64,000 bases of DNA from Octopus sinensis (taxonomy: Eukaryota). A program made the translations under genes and the position numbers. Positions 36,901 through 51,246 of this stretch are shown here, one piece after another; the first letter of the stretch is position 1, and every line of letters starts with the position of its first letter. Location: NCBI RefSeq assembly GCF_006345805.1, contig NC_043001.1, forward strand, positions 100,812,001 through 100,876,000, written 5' to 3'. Under the pieces are notes generated by a model. That model did no database searches. It was not told the DNA's origin and was given only the letters and a program-made list of their open reading frames with translations.

Positions 36901-37074
36901 TCACATTATAAACTGCTATATGTTCACTCAATATAATGCTGTTATACAGACACACACACACACACACAAATCTTTTATCTTTTACCTGTTTCAGTCACTA
37001 GACTGTGGTCTTGCTGGGGCACCACATGTGTAATATTTATATATTTTGTATAATATATATATATATATATATAA

Positions 37075-37455
37075 CAGCTGTGTGAGGAAGTGCTACTCCC
37101 TAACAGTAGAAGGAACCTGTGGAAGAGGTAGACCTAGGAAGACATGGGTTAAGGTGGTGTAGCATGATCTTCAAACATTGGGCCTCACACTGGTAATGTC
37201 GGGAAGACTGGGACCTTTGGAAATATGTTGTGATTGAGAAGACCCAGCAACTAAAATGAGATTGCAGCCAAACATGTCTGGTCCTGTTAAGAATACCCCT
37301 GATGTATCAGGCGATATAATATACTTGAGAAGACCTGTTAAGTCAAGTAAAACCAATATCGTAGCTGGGATCAGTGCCCCCTGACTGGCTTCCATGCCAG
37401 TGGCATGTAAAAACCACCAATAGAACATGGCCAATGCCAGTACCCCCTGACTGGT
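37075..37455 (+). mobile_element. RTE LINE C-terminus plus start of 3' UTR
   Basis: SCVRKCYSLTVEGTCGRGRPRKTWVKVV*HDLQTLGL...DLWKYVVIEKTQQLK*. Confidence 0.85.
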
Positions 37456-38038
37456 TCCCTCAAACTCACATCCCTCAAAGGCTCTAGTTGAATGCTTTAC
37501 CATTAAGCTAAGCTGCTTGCTGAAAAATTAATCTTCAGATTTAGATGCACAGCAGCATATGTAAACAAGTTTTTTATCTTGTTGTTTTTAGAAGCATCGA
37601 ATGTGTATTGTACTGTGTAGACATGAAAGTAATATTTTGAATGCAGCCATGAAGACAGCAGAAAGATTAGGTATTATTACCCTTATAAGAGAGAAAAAAG
37701 TTGTCAACAGACAGCCACCTGGTTGAATATTCTTGAATATTCACTATCTGAATATTTTTTTGAAATGTGAAATGGTAGTTTGAAAGAAACACTTACCCTT
37801 ACATCCTTTTTTTAAAAACCTTTGTAAACAACATATGTGAAAATAGCTGCTCACACTTTTCATTCTCTCTTGTGGTTCTCATGGTAATATTATTATAAAT
37901 GTCATAAACTCCATACAACTGAAGTCTTGAAATTCCATTGCTCTTTAAGCAATGTTCCAAAATTATTCTTTTAATTAATATTTTTACAGACCGCTGAATG
38001 TGCTTGTGGGCATTCATTTTACATGTGTTAATGCTTAC

Positions 38039-38041
<3 letters not shown>

Positions 38042-38118
<77 letters not shown>

Positions 38119-38119
38119 G

Positions 38120-38205
<86 letters not shown>
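38042..38205. repeat. (TA)n microsatellite
   Basis: Direct reading. Confidence 0.95.
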
Positions 38206-38207
<2 letters not shown>

Positions 38208-39232
38208 CTTATATACATTGACACACACATAAACAGAATTATATATTCATGTATTCATATATACATATACTTACATACATATATTCACATATAGGCATGC
38301 TCACACATGCACACATTAAAACAAGTCAATAAAACCCATAAATTAAACATTTTGAAAACCAACATTCTTTCCTGAACCCGAACAAAATTCTATGAGGTTT
38401 GTATTTGCATGAAGGATAGTTAAGCACAAGCATACAAAGAACATATGGATGGGCAATGCCTTCAAATCTTTGAATTCAAAAAATATTCAGACAGTGGATA
38501 TTCAAAAGAAAACCTGACATTGTTTACCAGCTGATGATCAGAAATGGGTAACTCTGTGTCATGAATATGGGAGCCTTCAACTGTAATGGATTAGAGAAGA
38601 CTACATTTCTATTGAGTCTCATAATTTATTGCTTCTGGTGAACTAGTGAATCAGCAGAGATTGATATATATATATATGTACATGATCATTTTACTCTTTT
38701 GTTTTTCTCTCTTTTTCTACTTCCTCTTCTCCCACTATTCTATCCTATTACTCTGTCACACTCTCTCCCTCACTCCTCCTCCCTTGCTCACGTGGCTCCC
38801 ACGTGACTATTGGCCATCTTTCTTTCTTTCTCTCTGTTGTAGCTGGAACAAGGAAGGCATGTTCTTGTTTGTCTCCTGTCCTAGCTTGATTTACACATTC
38901 GCCGCCACAACCTTGTTTACGCTTAGCAGACCTTCTTGTTGGTTTTCACAGTCCTGTTTGTGTTGCCAGTTTTGACCCTCTGCAAAATTCCAAATTTTAT
39001 TTAATTTGTTTTGTGGGAGCAACTGTTTTATCAGAAGCGTATATTGTTGTTAAATGCTTGAAATACGAGACTAGAAAAACAGCCAACAACTGATGAAGGG
39101 TCGTTCTTTATCTTTTTGTCTTGTTTTCCATTGGTGTCTGTCGTTGTTCAAAAAATAGTTTATATTCCATGTACTCGTACTTCATACTTTTTGTTGTACT
39201 CATTTTGTGACATCCCAAGCCCACATATGCTG

Positions 39233-39291
<59 letters not shown>

Positions 39292-41583
39292 CGTATACGT
39301 ATAGATGTATGTACAAATACGTATGTATATATGCATATATATATATTATTTATTTTATATGTATATATATACACATACATACGCACACACATACATATAT
39401 ATATATATATCTATATATATATATATAAATACACATAGGTATTTTTACAAATATGCATATGTATAAGTATGTGTGTGTGTGAGTACATATATATATGAAT
39501 ATACACATACATATATAGATGGAATATGTATGTTAAAAAGAGGTGAAGTTTATTACGCACACATATACATACATCTGTGCATGTTTTTACATATACAAAC
39601 ACACACATACTTATAAACATTCAGCAGAAAATTGTGGTGAATCCTATTAGCATTAAATATTTATCTGCCAATTTATATCTATTTGAAACAATTTCGAGAC
39701 TTAGTTTCCCAACATTTTTTCAACTCTATCCTCCCCTTCCTCCTTCTCTCCCTTCTCTTCATTCTCTCCCATCCTCCCCCTCTTTTGTTACTTCTTAAAA
39801 TGAAAGTAAGAAAGCCATTGCTACGTCACTGATTACAGAGTATGTTCAACCGGGACAGCACAATAATAACCTGAACATGGACATTGAATAAGAGCAAAAT
39901 TCAATGAAATCCTAATATTGATCATGTATGATGTCTTACTCCATTAACTGAAGCTTAACTGCAATATATAACGTCTTGGCTCACTAACTTTAACTGTTCC
40001 CTCAATTTATAAGGTTTAAATCCTTAGCTTCGTCACATATCTCGATGAAGAAACTTTTGATTCTCAATATATAACGTTTGTATCATTAGTTTTAGTTCAA
40101 CATTTAATAAATTCAGTTTTGACTCATTAACTTAAGCTTAGCTGTTAATAAATAATGTTATGACTGATAAATCAGAGCTTAACTCCCAATATATAAGGAT
40201 TTTGATTCCTTCGCTATGGCACAGCTTTAATATCCTTAAACACTAAAGATTCTTAGCTTGTCTTTACCTTAGATTGAACACTACAGCTGACTGAGACAAT
40301 AAGGAGCTGAACTACCCAGTAATAAAATATCTGCTTTACACGGGTGTAAAGCAGGTATTTACACTGCTTTACACCGCTCTAATGTCTCTGTACAAGATGC
40401 TTAGTACTCAAATAGTCCGGTCCATTTGGATGTGTGTGTGATATTCTGAGATGCAGATTTCTTATAGATATGGAGTTATCTCCTTTGCCAGACATTGTTA
40501 ACAGGGCATGGGAGGAACTGGGTGAGGATAGAAATGGTGGTCTCCAAGAAGATGAAGGGGAATAATTTCTGCTATGAGGTTCCCTGTGGTACAAAAAAGT
40601 TTGGACATTGATATGTAACAGTCATTGTGGTATCTCTTCATCTATGGAGGATATTACCTGGATAGCAGTCCAGTTGGTCATTAGTTATTGGCAGGAATCT
40701 GCTCCAACCAGCGCTAAGAAAGTATTCCAATATACAGGCAATATTCTAACCCAAATACTATAACTTATGAATGTTTTGTTTGGTTGTGGTTCTTTTATAA
40801 ATATTGTTTGAAGAGAGATGACTTTTCTGAATAAATGGCATGAACTTTCTATCTTCTACAACCCAAGGGATTATGAGTCTCACACTGATATCGTAAAATT
40901 TAAAATTTGTTTTCAGTAAAGTTCAGGATTTATTAGTTTCAGAGATAGACAATAAAAAACATTTTAACATGAGGAAATCTTCCTGTAAATGGCAAAAAAA
41001 AACCCTTTCTGCTGAAGAATCCTTTTATTGTGATCTTTGATTTTATTCTTTCCATTTTTACCAGCTTGTTATGCAGCTAATGATACCATGTAAAACTCCT
41101 GCAGAAATAATGCATTATAGCTTCTTGCTAATGCACCATGAAAAATTAAGTGATGTTGATTCTGCTTTGGAAACTCAGTAGACTGCTGGCATTTACATAA
41201 CGACATAAACCTTCTAATGATGTAAAAATAATGATGTAATCTCTTTTACTTGAAAGATAAGTTTTAAAAATTGATATCACTATCTTCTATAATAAGGAAT
41301 AGAAATAAAAACAAAAACATTTCGTTTTTGTATTTGGTTTGCAAGACTCTTGAGGTGAATTTGATTGTTGAAAGAGATAGGAGGGCCAATGACCCTCCTG
41401 AGATATGACAAAATGTAAAAGGATCTTAGAGAAAAGAACATTCTTAAATATTAAGTTTTCTAAAAGTACAGACACACCTATATATGCTTTCAATTTTATC
41501 CTTAGAAAATTGATGTCATATGTTGAGATATTAATGCGGGGTTGATAATTCTTTAACTTCGGCCTGGAAATGTTTTATATTCT

Positions 41584-41699
41584 TTTCTATTCTAGGTACA
41601 AGGTCTGAAATTCTTGGGGAGGGGGCCAGTCAATTACATCGACTCCAGTACACAACTGGTACTTGATTTTTCGATCCTGAAAGGATGAAAGGTAAAGTC
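41584..41699 (-). mobile_element. Meta-like SINE 3' fragment
   Basis: AATTACATCGACTCCAGT...ACTGGTAC...TGAAAGGATGAAAGG. Confidence 0.75.
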
Positions 41700-41974
41700 T
41701 TGTATTGCTCAAAGATTGTGCATTTGCATCTATAAAATGGCTTGGGTACAGGTAGGGAACTAAATATATCATCCATTTATGTTTTATAATATAGTTAATA
41801 AATATATATTCTGAAAATAGTTTTATATATACTTTAAAGGAATTTTTAAATAAATTTTGCATATGTAGCATATTTAACTAATGAAACAAATTCTGTTTAA
41901 ATGGTTTGGGATTTTATATAGACATGAAGTTTAGATTTAATGGGAAAAGAATGCTTTGTGCATTACTTAATGTG

Positions 41975-42009
<35 letters not shown>

Positions 42010-42129
42010 GTATTACTTAATATACCATCGCAAAATAAATATATAAAGTTTATCACAATTCATTTTAAAATTCAGTGGAATTATTTATCTATCTATCTAT
42101 TCCATTTTAAAATTATTTTGCCTCATTAA

Positions 42130-43090
42130 CAAGACCTTTTTTTTTTACATTGCAGTCTCCATTTGATTTTATAAACTTTCACCATATTATCTATGGAAAA
42201 CTTTTCCTCTCAGATAACCATATCATCATCTTCATCATTTTCATCTTCGGTCATGAAAGAAACAATTGAAGCATCATTATCAATGTCTCACTCACTTTGA
42301 TATCCACCTCTTCCTCTTACTAATGGATTCTGACTATATACATTTTCCATATTGGAAAGAGAGCTGACATCTTTTTTTCTCACCATGTGAAATTCTCCAA
42401 GGTCATCACTTTGATCATCCTCACCACTGCACACAGCCTGAGGCTAGAGGCCAGAGGTTATAGCAGCCAGGTACATCATCATCATCGCTTAACGTCCGTT
42501 TTCCGTGCTAGCATGGGTTGGACGGTTTGACCAGGGTCTGGGAAGCCAGGAGGCTGCACCAGGCTCCAGTCTGATCTGGCAGTGTTTCTACAGCTAGATG
42601 CCCTTCCTAACACCAACCACTCCATGAGTGTAGTGGGTGCTTTTTACGTGCCACCGGCACAGGTATAACAACTACAATTTCCACTTGATATTTATTTTGA
42701 TATTGATGTACTTGACTCAATAGGTCTCCTCAAGCACAGCAGGTCACTCTACGATCCAAGGTAAGCACAGCAGGTCGTTCTGCAATCCAAGGAACTTTGG
42801 ATGCGCTGACGCTATGCCAAACTGGTGCAGGAAGCTCTGTATTTTGCTATCTGATCCCATGTGTTAGCAACTCCCTAAACAGCATCCTTCACATTCAACT
42901 CCTTTTGGAAACCTTCTACATCTGCACTTCTGTACACAGCAGCCAACATGCTGTTCAGGAAATTCTCTTCGTCTCCCATGATATTAGGGTCACATGACTG
43001 GAATTGAAGTAAAGTGCATTGTATAAAAAGGATTTTTGTGTAGAGACTCTGCTGAAGGATAAGCAGAACAGCTGTATAGGAATAACAAAA
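42130..43090 (-). mobile_element. Tigger/pogo transposase relic split by an RTE insertion
   Basis: KILLFLYSCSAYPSAE, FLNSMLAAVYRSADVEGFQKELNVKDAV*GVANTW, then after the insert YNLWP...GEDDQSDDLGEFH and EEVDIK..DIDNDA. Confidence 0.75.
42473..42800 (-). mobile_element. RTE 3' end with (GAT)n tail inside the Tigger relic
   Basis: CATCATCGCTTAACGTCCGTTTTCCGTGCTAGCATGGGTTGGACGG...GATGCCCTTCCTAACACC. Confidence 0.9.
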
Positions 43091-44489
43091 TCTTATACTT
43101 GGTGTGGAATGACGTCAGCAGCTGTGGAAGGGTGCGTTACCACCGGAGGGGTCTGCATCGACAAAGAGAAGTTAGGTGACTTACTTCAAATCTCCCGCAT
43201 ACACCACACTTGGCATTTAAGCTTTTTTTTTTTGTAGTGGGAATGAGTCACTGGGGCAAGAGATTTGTTATCCTCATCAGAAAAAAAACACACCATCTTT
43301 TGTAATCCAAGTTGCTAAAGTAATAGTCCACCCTGCTAATGAACCACATCCAATTGTTATTGATTCAGCAGATCTTTGAGCAATGGTATTCCAGTCATGA
43401 GGATTCCTTTAAGGATTTTTGTTTTAGTCTAACACCAATTTCTTTCATTGGTCCAAAACCGAGCTGGAGCACTGTCTTCATAGCTTTCAGTTTATCATAT
43501 CAACTCTAGAAGTTATTTCAATCTCATACTTATTTTATTGATCCCTATTTATTGGTCAGCAAAGTTGCTCTTTTGATGTAAAGGTGCACATTTCATCTTA
43601 CACTGAGAGATGCTTTACAGATGCACGCACACGTGTGTGTATGTGTGTGTGTGTGCATGTGTGTGTGCGTGTGCGTGCATGTGTGTGTATGTGTGTGTGT
43701 GTGTATGTGAGAGAGACAAGGATTTACCACAGCTTCAATCTATCAATTCCACTATCAAACATTGGTCAATTCAAGACTACAGCCAAAGATACTCATCCAA
43801 AGTGTTGTGTTGCAGAGTCACACCTAGAACCACCTGTTTCCAAAGCAAACTCGATAACCACAAGACAATCTCTGTACATTTTGTTTTACTCTTCACACTC
43901 AAAGACATGCTCTGGCATCCAAACCAAATTCTATTGTTTCCTTTCTGTCATTTCTACCATTACTAAAACGGTGTTTGCTCTTTGAAGTTGGTCGATCCCG
44001 TGCCTCATCCCCTCAGCAACTCCTAGCCCTACGCATTGCTTCATCTCTCTTGACACCTGTCCCACTCCCCTTATCCTACACCAATCCCTGGCCAGAATAC
44101 CTGCCCTCTGGAATTTTCTTCTTGTTCATGTCTTACAGCATCGATCTCACCATTTTCACAAGACCTACAAATGTCATGGTGACATTAGTAAACGAACCAA
44201 AAATGTTTTGATGGAAAATGAAAAATATTTTTATAATCAGTCAAAAAATCTCAATTATAGAAGAAATTTCTAAATAAGGAACACCAGACAGAAACCTAAA
44301 TTTTTTGAGATACATAGTTAATTCGTCAGAGGTCTGAGAATTATTAAGTTACCTTGAGTTATGAATTTTTATCTTCTTAAAAAGTTTAAATAAACACGTA
44401 ATACGATCCAAAGGGAGATAATTATATAAAAAGCCAAACAAAGCAAACAGCGTGTTGCTGTTTAAATAATTGAAAAGGATGGATGACTC

Positions 44490-44670
44490 ATCAATACTGG
44501 TTTCATATTTTGGTGCAAGCCCAGCAATTGCAGGGGAGGGGGTAAGCCAATGACATTGACCCCCCCCAGTGATGGACTGGTTCTTATTTTATCACCCCTG
44601 AAAGGATGAAAGGCATAGTTAACCTCAGTGGAATTTGAACTCAGAAAGTAAAAACGGACAAAATGCTTAG
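44490..44670 (-). mobile_element. Meta-like SINE (tail variant B)
   Basis: TGAAAGGATGAAAGGCA...GGAATTTGAACTCAGAA. Confidence 0.75.
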
Positions 44671-45380
44671 TGGTTAAAATGGGTTCACAACCTGAGAGCA
44701 ACAGCATCCAAAATGGTCTCGAAGCCATCTAATGAGATCGCCATTCAGAAGGCTGTAATATCATTTGATAAAGGAACACGGTACAATGAATTCATATAAC
44801 AAGGCTGTAACTTTAAATACCTTTACTCAAGGTCTCAAACATATACAATTGAACAATAAAGGAAAGAGTCTGATGAATGGAGACCATGTTCAGCTTCTGT
44901 GTACTACCTCATGTCTGCTAGCTGGTGTGTCTAGATGCCAAAAGAGGAAGTCACAAGACCTTGTGTCAGAATTTCACCACCTCTTGAGCCATCCAGCATG
45001 AGCTTGTTTAAACCCAGTGGCATTTTGTCTGGCATGCTAATGTTTCTGCTAGCTCACTGCCTTATGACTTGTTAATATTACCAAGGAGAAGAAGACATCC
45101 ACAAAGAAGACAAGCAATGAGTTTTTGGTTGATTCATTATAAACAAGGACTCGATCAAGTTTTGGAGGGGACGTTTAACAACTGAATGGGCACCCATATA
45201 AAATATTGGAATTTAATTTACCAAATGATTAAAGAAAAGCAAAGCAACGAATTGAAAGCAGTTTCATAATGCAGTTAGTCCAGAGCCAAACTTTCTTCAC
45301 CATCAGAGACTTATATGAATTTATTATGCTTCCGATTATATACTAAACTTTACAGAAATAGATTTTTTAAAAATGGTATT

Positions 45381-45401
45381 GAATGATGATGATGATGGTG
45401 A

Positions 45402-45435
<34 letters not shown>

Positions 45436-45527
45436 GGTGGTGATGATGATGGTGGTGGTGGTGGTGATGATGGTGATGATGATGCTGATGATGGTGGTGG
45501 TGGTGGTGATGATGGTGATGATGATGC

Positions 45528-45558
<31 letters not shown>

Positions 45559-45689
45559 GGTGATGGTGGTGATGCTGATGATGGTGGTGGTGGTGGTGGT
45601 GGTGATGATGATGGTGGTGGTGGTGGTGATGATGGTGATGATGATGCTGATGATGGTGGTGGTGGTGGTGATGATGGTGATGATGATGC

Positions 45690-45720
<31 letters not shown>

Positions 45721-45830
45721 GGTGATGGTGGTGATGCTGATGATGGTGGTGGTGGTGGTGGTGGTGGTGGTGGCAATGAAGATAACAATAATGATGGTGA
45801 TTACAATGATGATGATGATAGTGATGAATT
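45381..45830. repeat. (GAT/GGT/GCT)n compound microsatellite with a 162-bp higher-order duplication
   Basis: The same 54-codon triplet pattern occurs at 45442-45603 and 45604-45765. Confidence 0.95.
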
Positions 45831-46393
45831 TATTTTGTATCTGGAAATTATTTTTTTCTCCATTTCACTGAAAACCCATTCTTATAACACCTTTTTTTCC
45901 TTTAATCCCTATGGCTCTTCATTAGTAGCAAGAAAGGTGTAACACAGAATCACTCTACCTCACAAACGTCCCACCACCACCACCACCACCACCACCACTA
46001 CCACACACACCGTTTATACACACCATAACAAGCTCTAACTTGATGACCTCCATGCCTCCTCTCTTGCTTCCAAGCATCACTTTTTGTGTCGTTCCATACG
46101 GCAGGCATTTTTTTCCCCTTTTCTTTTTACCAAATGCCTCCTTTTAAAGCATGATATTACATAATAATAGCAGATAACACTAAGAGATACCATTTAAAAA
46201 TGAAACATAAAAGAAAAACCAATTGTCCAGTTACTCACAGAATTTCTTCTAAAAGCTTCACACTTTGTGAAAACAAATGGTTGGAGCCATTCCATTCCAT
46301 TCCATTCCACTGCCCCACCCCTCAAAAAAAGAAAAGAAGAGAAAAGAAAAAAATGAAATCTGGAAACAAGAAAGGTGAAGCAGTTTGTACATC

Positions 46394-46765
46394 GTGATGA
46401 TGATGATGATGATGATGAGGAGGAGGAGGAGGAGGAGGAGAAGGAGGAGAAGGAGGAGGAGGAGAAGGAGGAGGAGGGAGAGGAGGGGAGGTGAGGTGAT
46501 GATGATGATGATGATGATGATGATGACAGTGGCAGCAACAATGAGGAAAACAATTGCAGTGATGGTGTTTGTGGTGGCATTACTGATAATAACAATAGCA
46601 ATGATGATGATGATGATGATGATGACGACGATGATGATGATGGTGGTGATGGTGATGATGATGATGATGATGATGATGGTGATGGTGGTGATGATGATGC
46701 AAATGAAAATGTGACTATGATAAAAATGATGATGAGAATGATGATGACGATGATGCTTATGATGA
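46394..46765. repeat. (GAT)n/(GAG)n compound microsatellite
   Basis: Direct reading. Confidence 0.9.
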
Positions 46766-47475
46766 ACTGCACATTGTTATCAGCAGACTAATGGGATGTG
46801 TTTGCAATTTTAAGCTCAAATGACTACCTTAATGAAATTATGGAAAGAATGGTGTCTGCAGACAGCTTCCATAAACGCACACAAACGCAACCAGCGCACA
46901 GCCACAGAGGCGCACACACACACACACACACACGCAAGCACACAATCAATGCATACCTACACTTACATATCAACAGATACGGAGAGAAATATATTACTTT
47001 GATATTTTAAAAACTTCAGCAGTTTGATAAATGGAAGCAAGAGGTTGGCAAAGGTGCTGGTGGAGGAGGAGGAGGAGGAGGAGGAGAGAAACATACAGAG
47101 TGAGAGAGAGAGAGAGAGAGTCAATAAAAGAGTATGTGAAAGAATTTCTAGGTTAATTGAACCAGATTTTATTCAGTGTTAAAATCCATAGATTTATCTT
47201 TTTTTTTTTCAATGAAAGGTTAAGTGCTCTTGCTTATAGTATTTGATACCCGTGTTACACGAGTGCATACACAGACACACATATATGCACACACACTCAC
47301 ACATACGCATACACACACACACGCATACACACACACACACACATATGGGAGATGCTAATGCTTGCTTTTATTGACCCCAGAACTGTACACATCTCTAAAA
47401 GGATGGAAAGCAACGAGAGAAGGTTTGAACTCATGGCATAAAGAACTGAAGCAAAATTTTTTTCAGCATTCTAAT

Positions 47476-47660
47476 CATCATCGTCATCGTCATCATAATT
47501 TAACATCTGTTTTCTTTACTGAAATGGGCTGGATGGTTTGACAGGAGCTGTACTAGGGTCCATTTGTTTGCTTTGTAAGGTTTTTACAGATGGATGCCCT
47601 TTCTAATGCCAGCCTCTTTACAAAGAGTATTGGGTGCTTTTTATGTGGCACCAGCACTGA
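47476..47660 (-). mobile_element. RTE 3' end, decayed
   Basis: TTTAACATCTG...GGATGCCCT...GGGTGCTTTTTATGTGGCACCAGCAC. Confidence 0.7.
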
Positions 47661-47900
47661 CAGAGTGACCAAATAACTTGCAAGACAAATACCGCCTTAC
47701 CAGGGAGGAGGAAGAAGTTGTGAAATGGGGGTTGATCTGTGTCAGTAGATGAGAGATTAGAAGTATAGAGGGACAGAGGTGGGTGTCTTGATGTAGAATA
47801 GATACATGAATACTCCAGTTGAAAAAACGAAAGAAGAGTGAGTTGGAGAGAAAAATTAGATCAACAGTGAGAGATTCTAATCAATTCTGTAAAATTGCCC

Positions 47901-47939
<39 letters not shown>

Positions 47940-49499
47940 CATACGCAAACATGTGCATGCACAGATACACATACGATAGCAGCCAGCTCAAAAATGAGTA
48001 TGACCACAGCATGTTAATGACTTGCTATTATGAAACCATTTCTCCAACATGTTTACACTCTGTTGTACATGTGCAAAAACATTCCACATCCTTTGCATGT
48101 CCTCTGCAATATCACCCCACATGACACTACCATGTTGCATAGTTGTTCATACACAAGCATCATACAATCTACCCATCACTCTGAGGGTGAGGCCCAGTTT
48201 AACAACACAGGTAATAGCTCACTGAACTTTGCTTGGCTGGTTCTAATTCTAGCAACTACACTTTTAGAGCATCCTCTTGCACTGCTAATTTGGCAGCATA
48301 GGTAATGGAAAATAGCTACTACCTCTAAAGATCCCCCTAGTCTTTGGAGAAAATTTATTTCCTGTGTTCTGAGTGTTTATTGATCCTGCTCATCTACCGT
48401 ACACAAAGACTTCTTTCTCTGTCAAAATAACTGTTTGGAAACACATTGATTGATGGTTTTTGGAATTTCTTCACTCTGAAGGAAGTGGATTACTTATAGC
48501 TTTTGCAGGTTCTTTGCGATCGGTGAGATTGATGTGGTTAATATTTCTCTTGAACAATACTGATGGAGTTTCAGGAAAAACCTGGGGTGGGGAAGATGTT
48601 CTGGGGAAAAGTAGTGATGAAGTGTTTAGTGTGGGGCCAGTGAGGATGGACATAACATTGATGAAGAAAGGAGACAAGCGAGCTGAGCATAGATAGCATG
48701 TGAATAGCCAGCCCAAAGAGAGAGAGAGAGAGAGAAAGATTGTATGTACACTAGAGTCTAGATAAGATAGCGAGAAACTTTGTGTTAATCCTGCAGATAG
48801 CTTTTGGGTGGCAGGATAGCAGGATGCAAAGAAACATTTGGATGAGACAATAATGTCCTCCAAAACGGAAATGACTTTCAAGACAGTTGTATATCAATCT
48901 GTTTGCTAAGTGAAACATGAAACTTGACTTCAGAAAATTTAAGAAGTGAGTAACTCTTGAAATAAAACTTCATCATTAACGCACCATGATAGAACAAAAG
49001 TCTTTTTCACTACCAACCTAACTGACAGTTTTCTTATTCTTTTAATACTTCCAATATAGTCTTTATGTCTCTTGCCTGTTATTATTAAATACCTCATTGA
49101 ATGGTTTGAACACTTCTCCAATTTTTAATGGATTGTTGCCAAAAACTATTCTCTATGCTGAAATAATTTTTTACAACAACCAGTCAATGTATGACTTTTC
49201 CAGAAAAAACATCCTGTACAATATTCCTTTGTAAATTGTAAAATACCTTAAAAAGCAAAGTTGTTCATAGATTACACGACTGAAGATTTCATCTATGTAT
49301 TGTGATCCTAGGGAGTTGATACAGGAATAGGGCTTTCTGTTGCCTTACATTAAACATTCGGAGGCCAGAGTCACAAGTGAACAAATTACTTTCCAGAAGT
49401 ACAGAGAACTCATTTTTAGAATTTTATTCAATCAGCTTGGTGCGTTTTATCTTTGTATGAATGACATATCCCAAATCGCAAGAACTACCCCTGTTAATG

Positions 49500-49800
49500 T
49501 AAACTTTACAGTACGATCATGGAACTGCCTCAGTTTGATTGCAAGTTAAAGCTATGAGTTAGAGACAGGAAGTTGATCTGTGCGCCAGAGAATGTGTCGC
49601 ACTTGCAGATGGGGTTTATGTCATCATCTACTACACCTTGCCAACTTGCACAATCAACATAGAAGACTTATTGTTCGACTTGACTCAGGATCAGTCGTAT
49701 TCCTGGAAGAATTTAAGTCAGCTGCGGATAACTACCTGTAACCTTAGATATCCACAGAATTTCAGTAAGCCATCAAGTGCTCAAAACATTTCCAGTGAGC
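49500..49800 (+). mobile_element. LINE APE endonuclease relic
   Basis: FTVRSWNCLSL, EVDLCARE and VIIYY.LP...NIEDLL resemble APE N-terminal motifs. Confidence 0.4.
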
Positions 49801-51065
49801 TTTCCTGTTCCTAAAAAGGAAGCCTTTCACAAAAATACCCACCAATGGTCAGGTCAATAAAAATAGGCATCAGCATTATACTACAGTTAGAACTCAGAAT
49901 GTAATGATTCGAAACTAACAACCATGTGATAACCCTGCCAGTTTTGTCAATTTGCAGCTCTAGGCTACTGCGTTGTGAACAAAAGGTATGGTCTTGGACA
50001 TTGATCTGAATGGATTATTTTATCAAATTGAATGATGGAAAGATATTACCAATCCAAACAGCATTTGTGTTCAATAATAATACTGTAGCTATGAAAAATA
50101 GAGTAACCATTTGTAGAAGATATTTATCCAAATCTTGACAAGCATCTTCAGACTTGCACAGTGCAGTGTACCATTGAAGACTGGAACTACATGACACACT
50201 CTGTTTAGGCCTTAACACAGTAACTTCTAAATGTAGAAACTCAATTGTGTTTTTACATGTGATGTGATGGCTTTTAAGTGGTTATTGTGTTAACATTACA
50301 AGAAAGTGATATTTTGCTGATGTAAAAAGTAAACTGGTCTTTACACTTTCTGACACGTACCTTCACCTCACACAAAAACATTATCATAGAAACATGTAAC
50401 TCTATATGTTGTACGTCCATACTCATATCACTATACACAGACACACAAACAAACGCATGCATACACACATGCACATTTACCAATAGTTATGATGATTAAT
50501 CAATAAAAGGTTAGTGAGTTCAACTCCAGTGGTGGCATGTCAAAAATAGCAAAAAGTTAATAACAATGTAACATGAAGAAAACCATATAAATATAAAATG
50601 AAGAGACAAAGAAAAGAAAGAAAAAAGATTCCGCATGTGAATGTATTCATATCAACAGACGTTTTCATCAAGTATAACATTCAGCTTAATAAATGGTAAA
50701 AATATGAAGAATAATGATCTGAGAGTCCCAATAAATAGAAATATTGTCTTATCTGGAGAACACAGAATTCTTCTGGAGCTGTTGAAAACCAATGCGAAAA
50801 TCATCCCCCCCCCCTACACACACACACATACTCCTATCCCTCTCCTATACACATATACACATACACACACACACACTTGTACATGTAGTCATTGGGATAA
50901 TGGATAATGTCTGCTGGATTCTTTGGAGATTCCACTATTTGCTTTATACTCTCTAGGATTTATTAATCTCTGATTTTTGTTGCCAAGATGCCATTTTCAG
51001 TTGGCATTGTGCTAGGATTCTTCAGAGGAGATTTTGGCGTGTGTGCATGTGCGTGTGTATATGTG

Positions 51066-51114
<49 letters not shown>

Positions 51115-51246
51115 TTCTGTACGGATTGATGTCTATTTGGAGAAAAATCATATATTTATTGGTATGAATATGTCAGTTTGTGTACACACACAGTAGCATG
51201 CACGCACACACACACACACACACATTAATGTTTGTTTTTGTGCTCA

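Noticed and set aside
38787-38806. Paired CACGTG E-boxes
   Set aside because: Lies within what looks like a dispersed repeat; no independent regulatory evidence
40380-40960. Possible LINE/PLE coding relic on the minus strand
   Set aside because: No motif I could read with confidence; the same applies to 1-560, 48380-49130 and 58450-58800
44291-44336. agacct CTGACGA...AAAA...aggttt on the minus strand
   Set aside because: Helix I pairs but G12 is absent and helix II does not form; at best a heavily decayed relic
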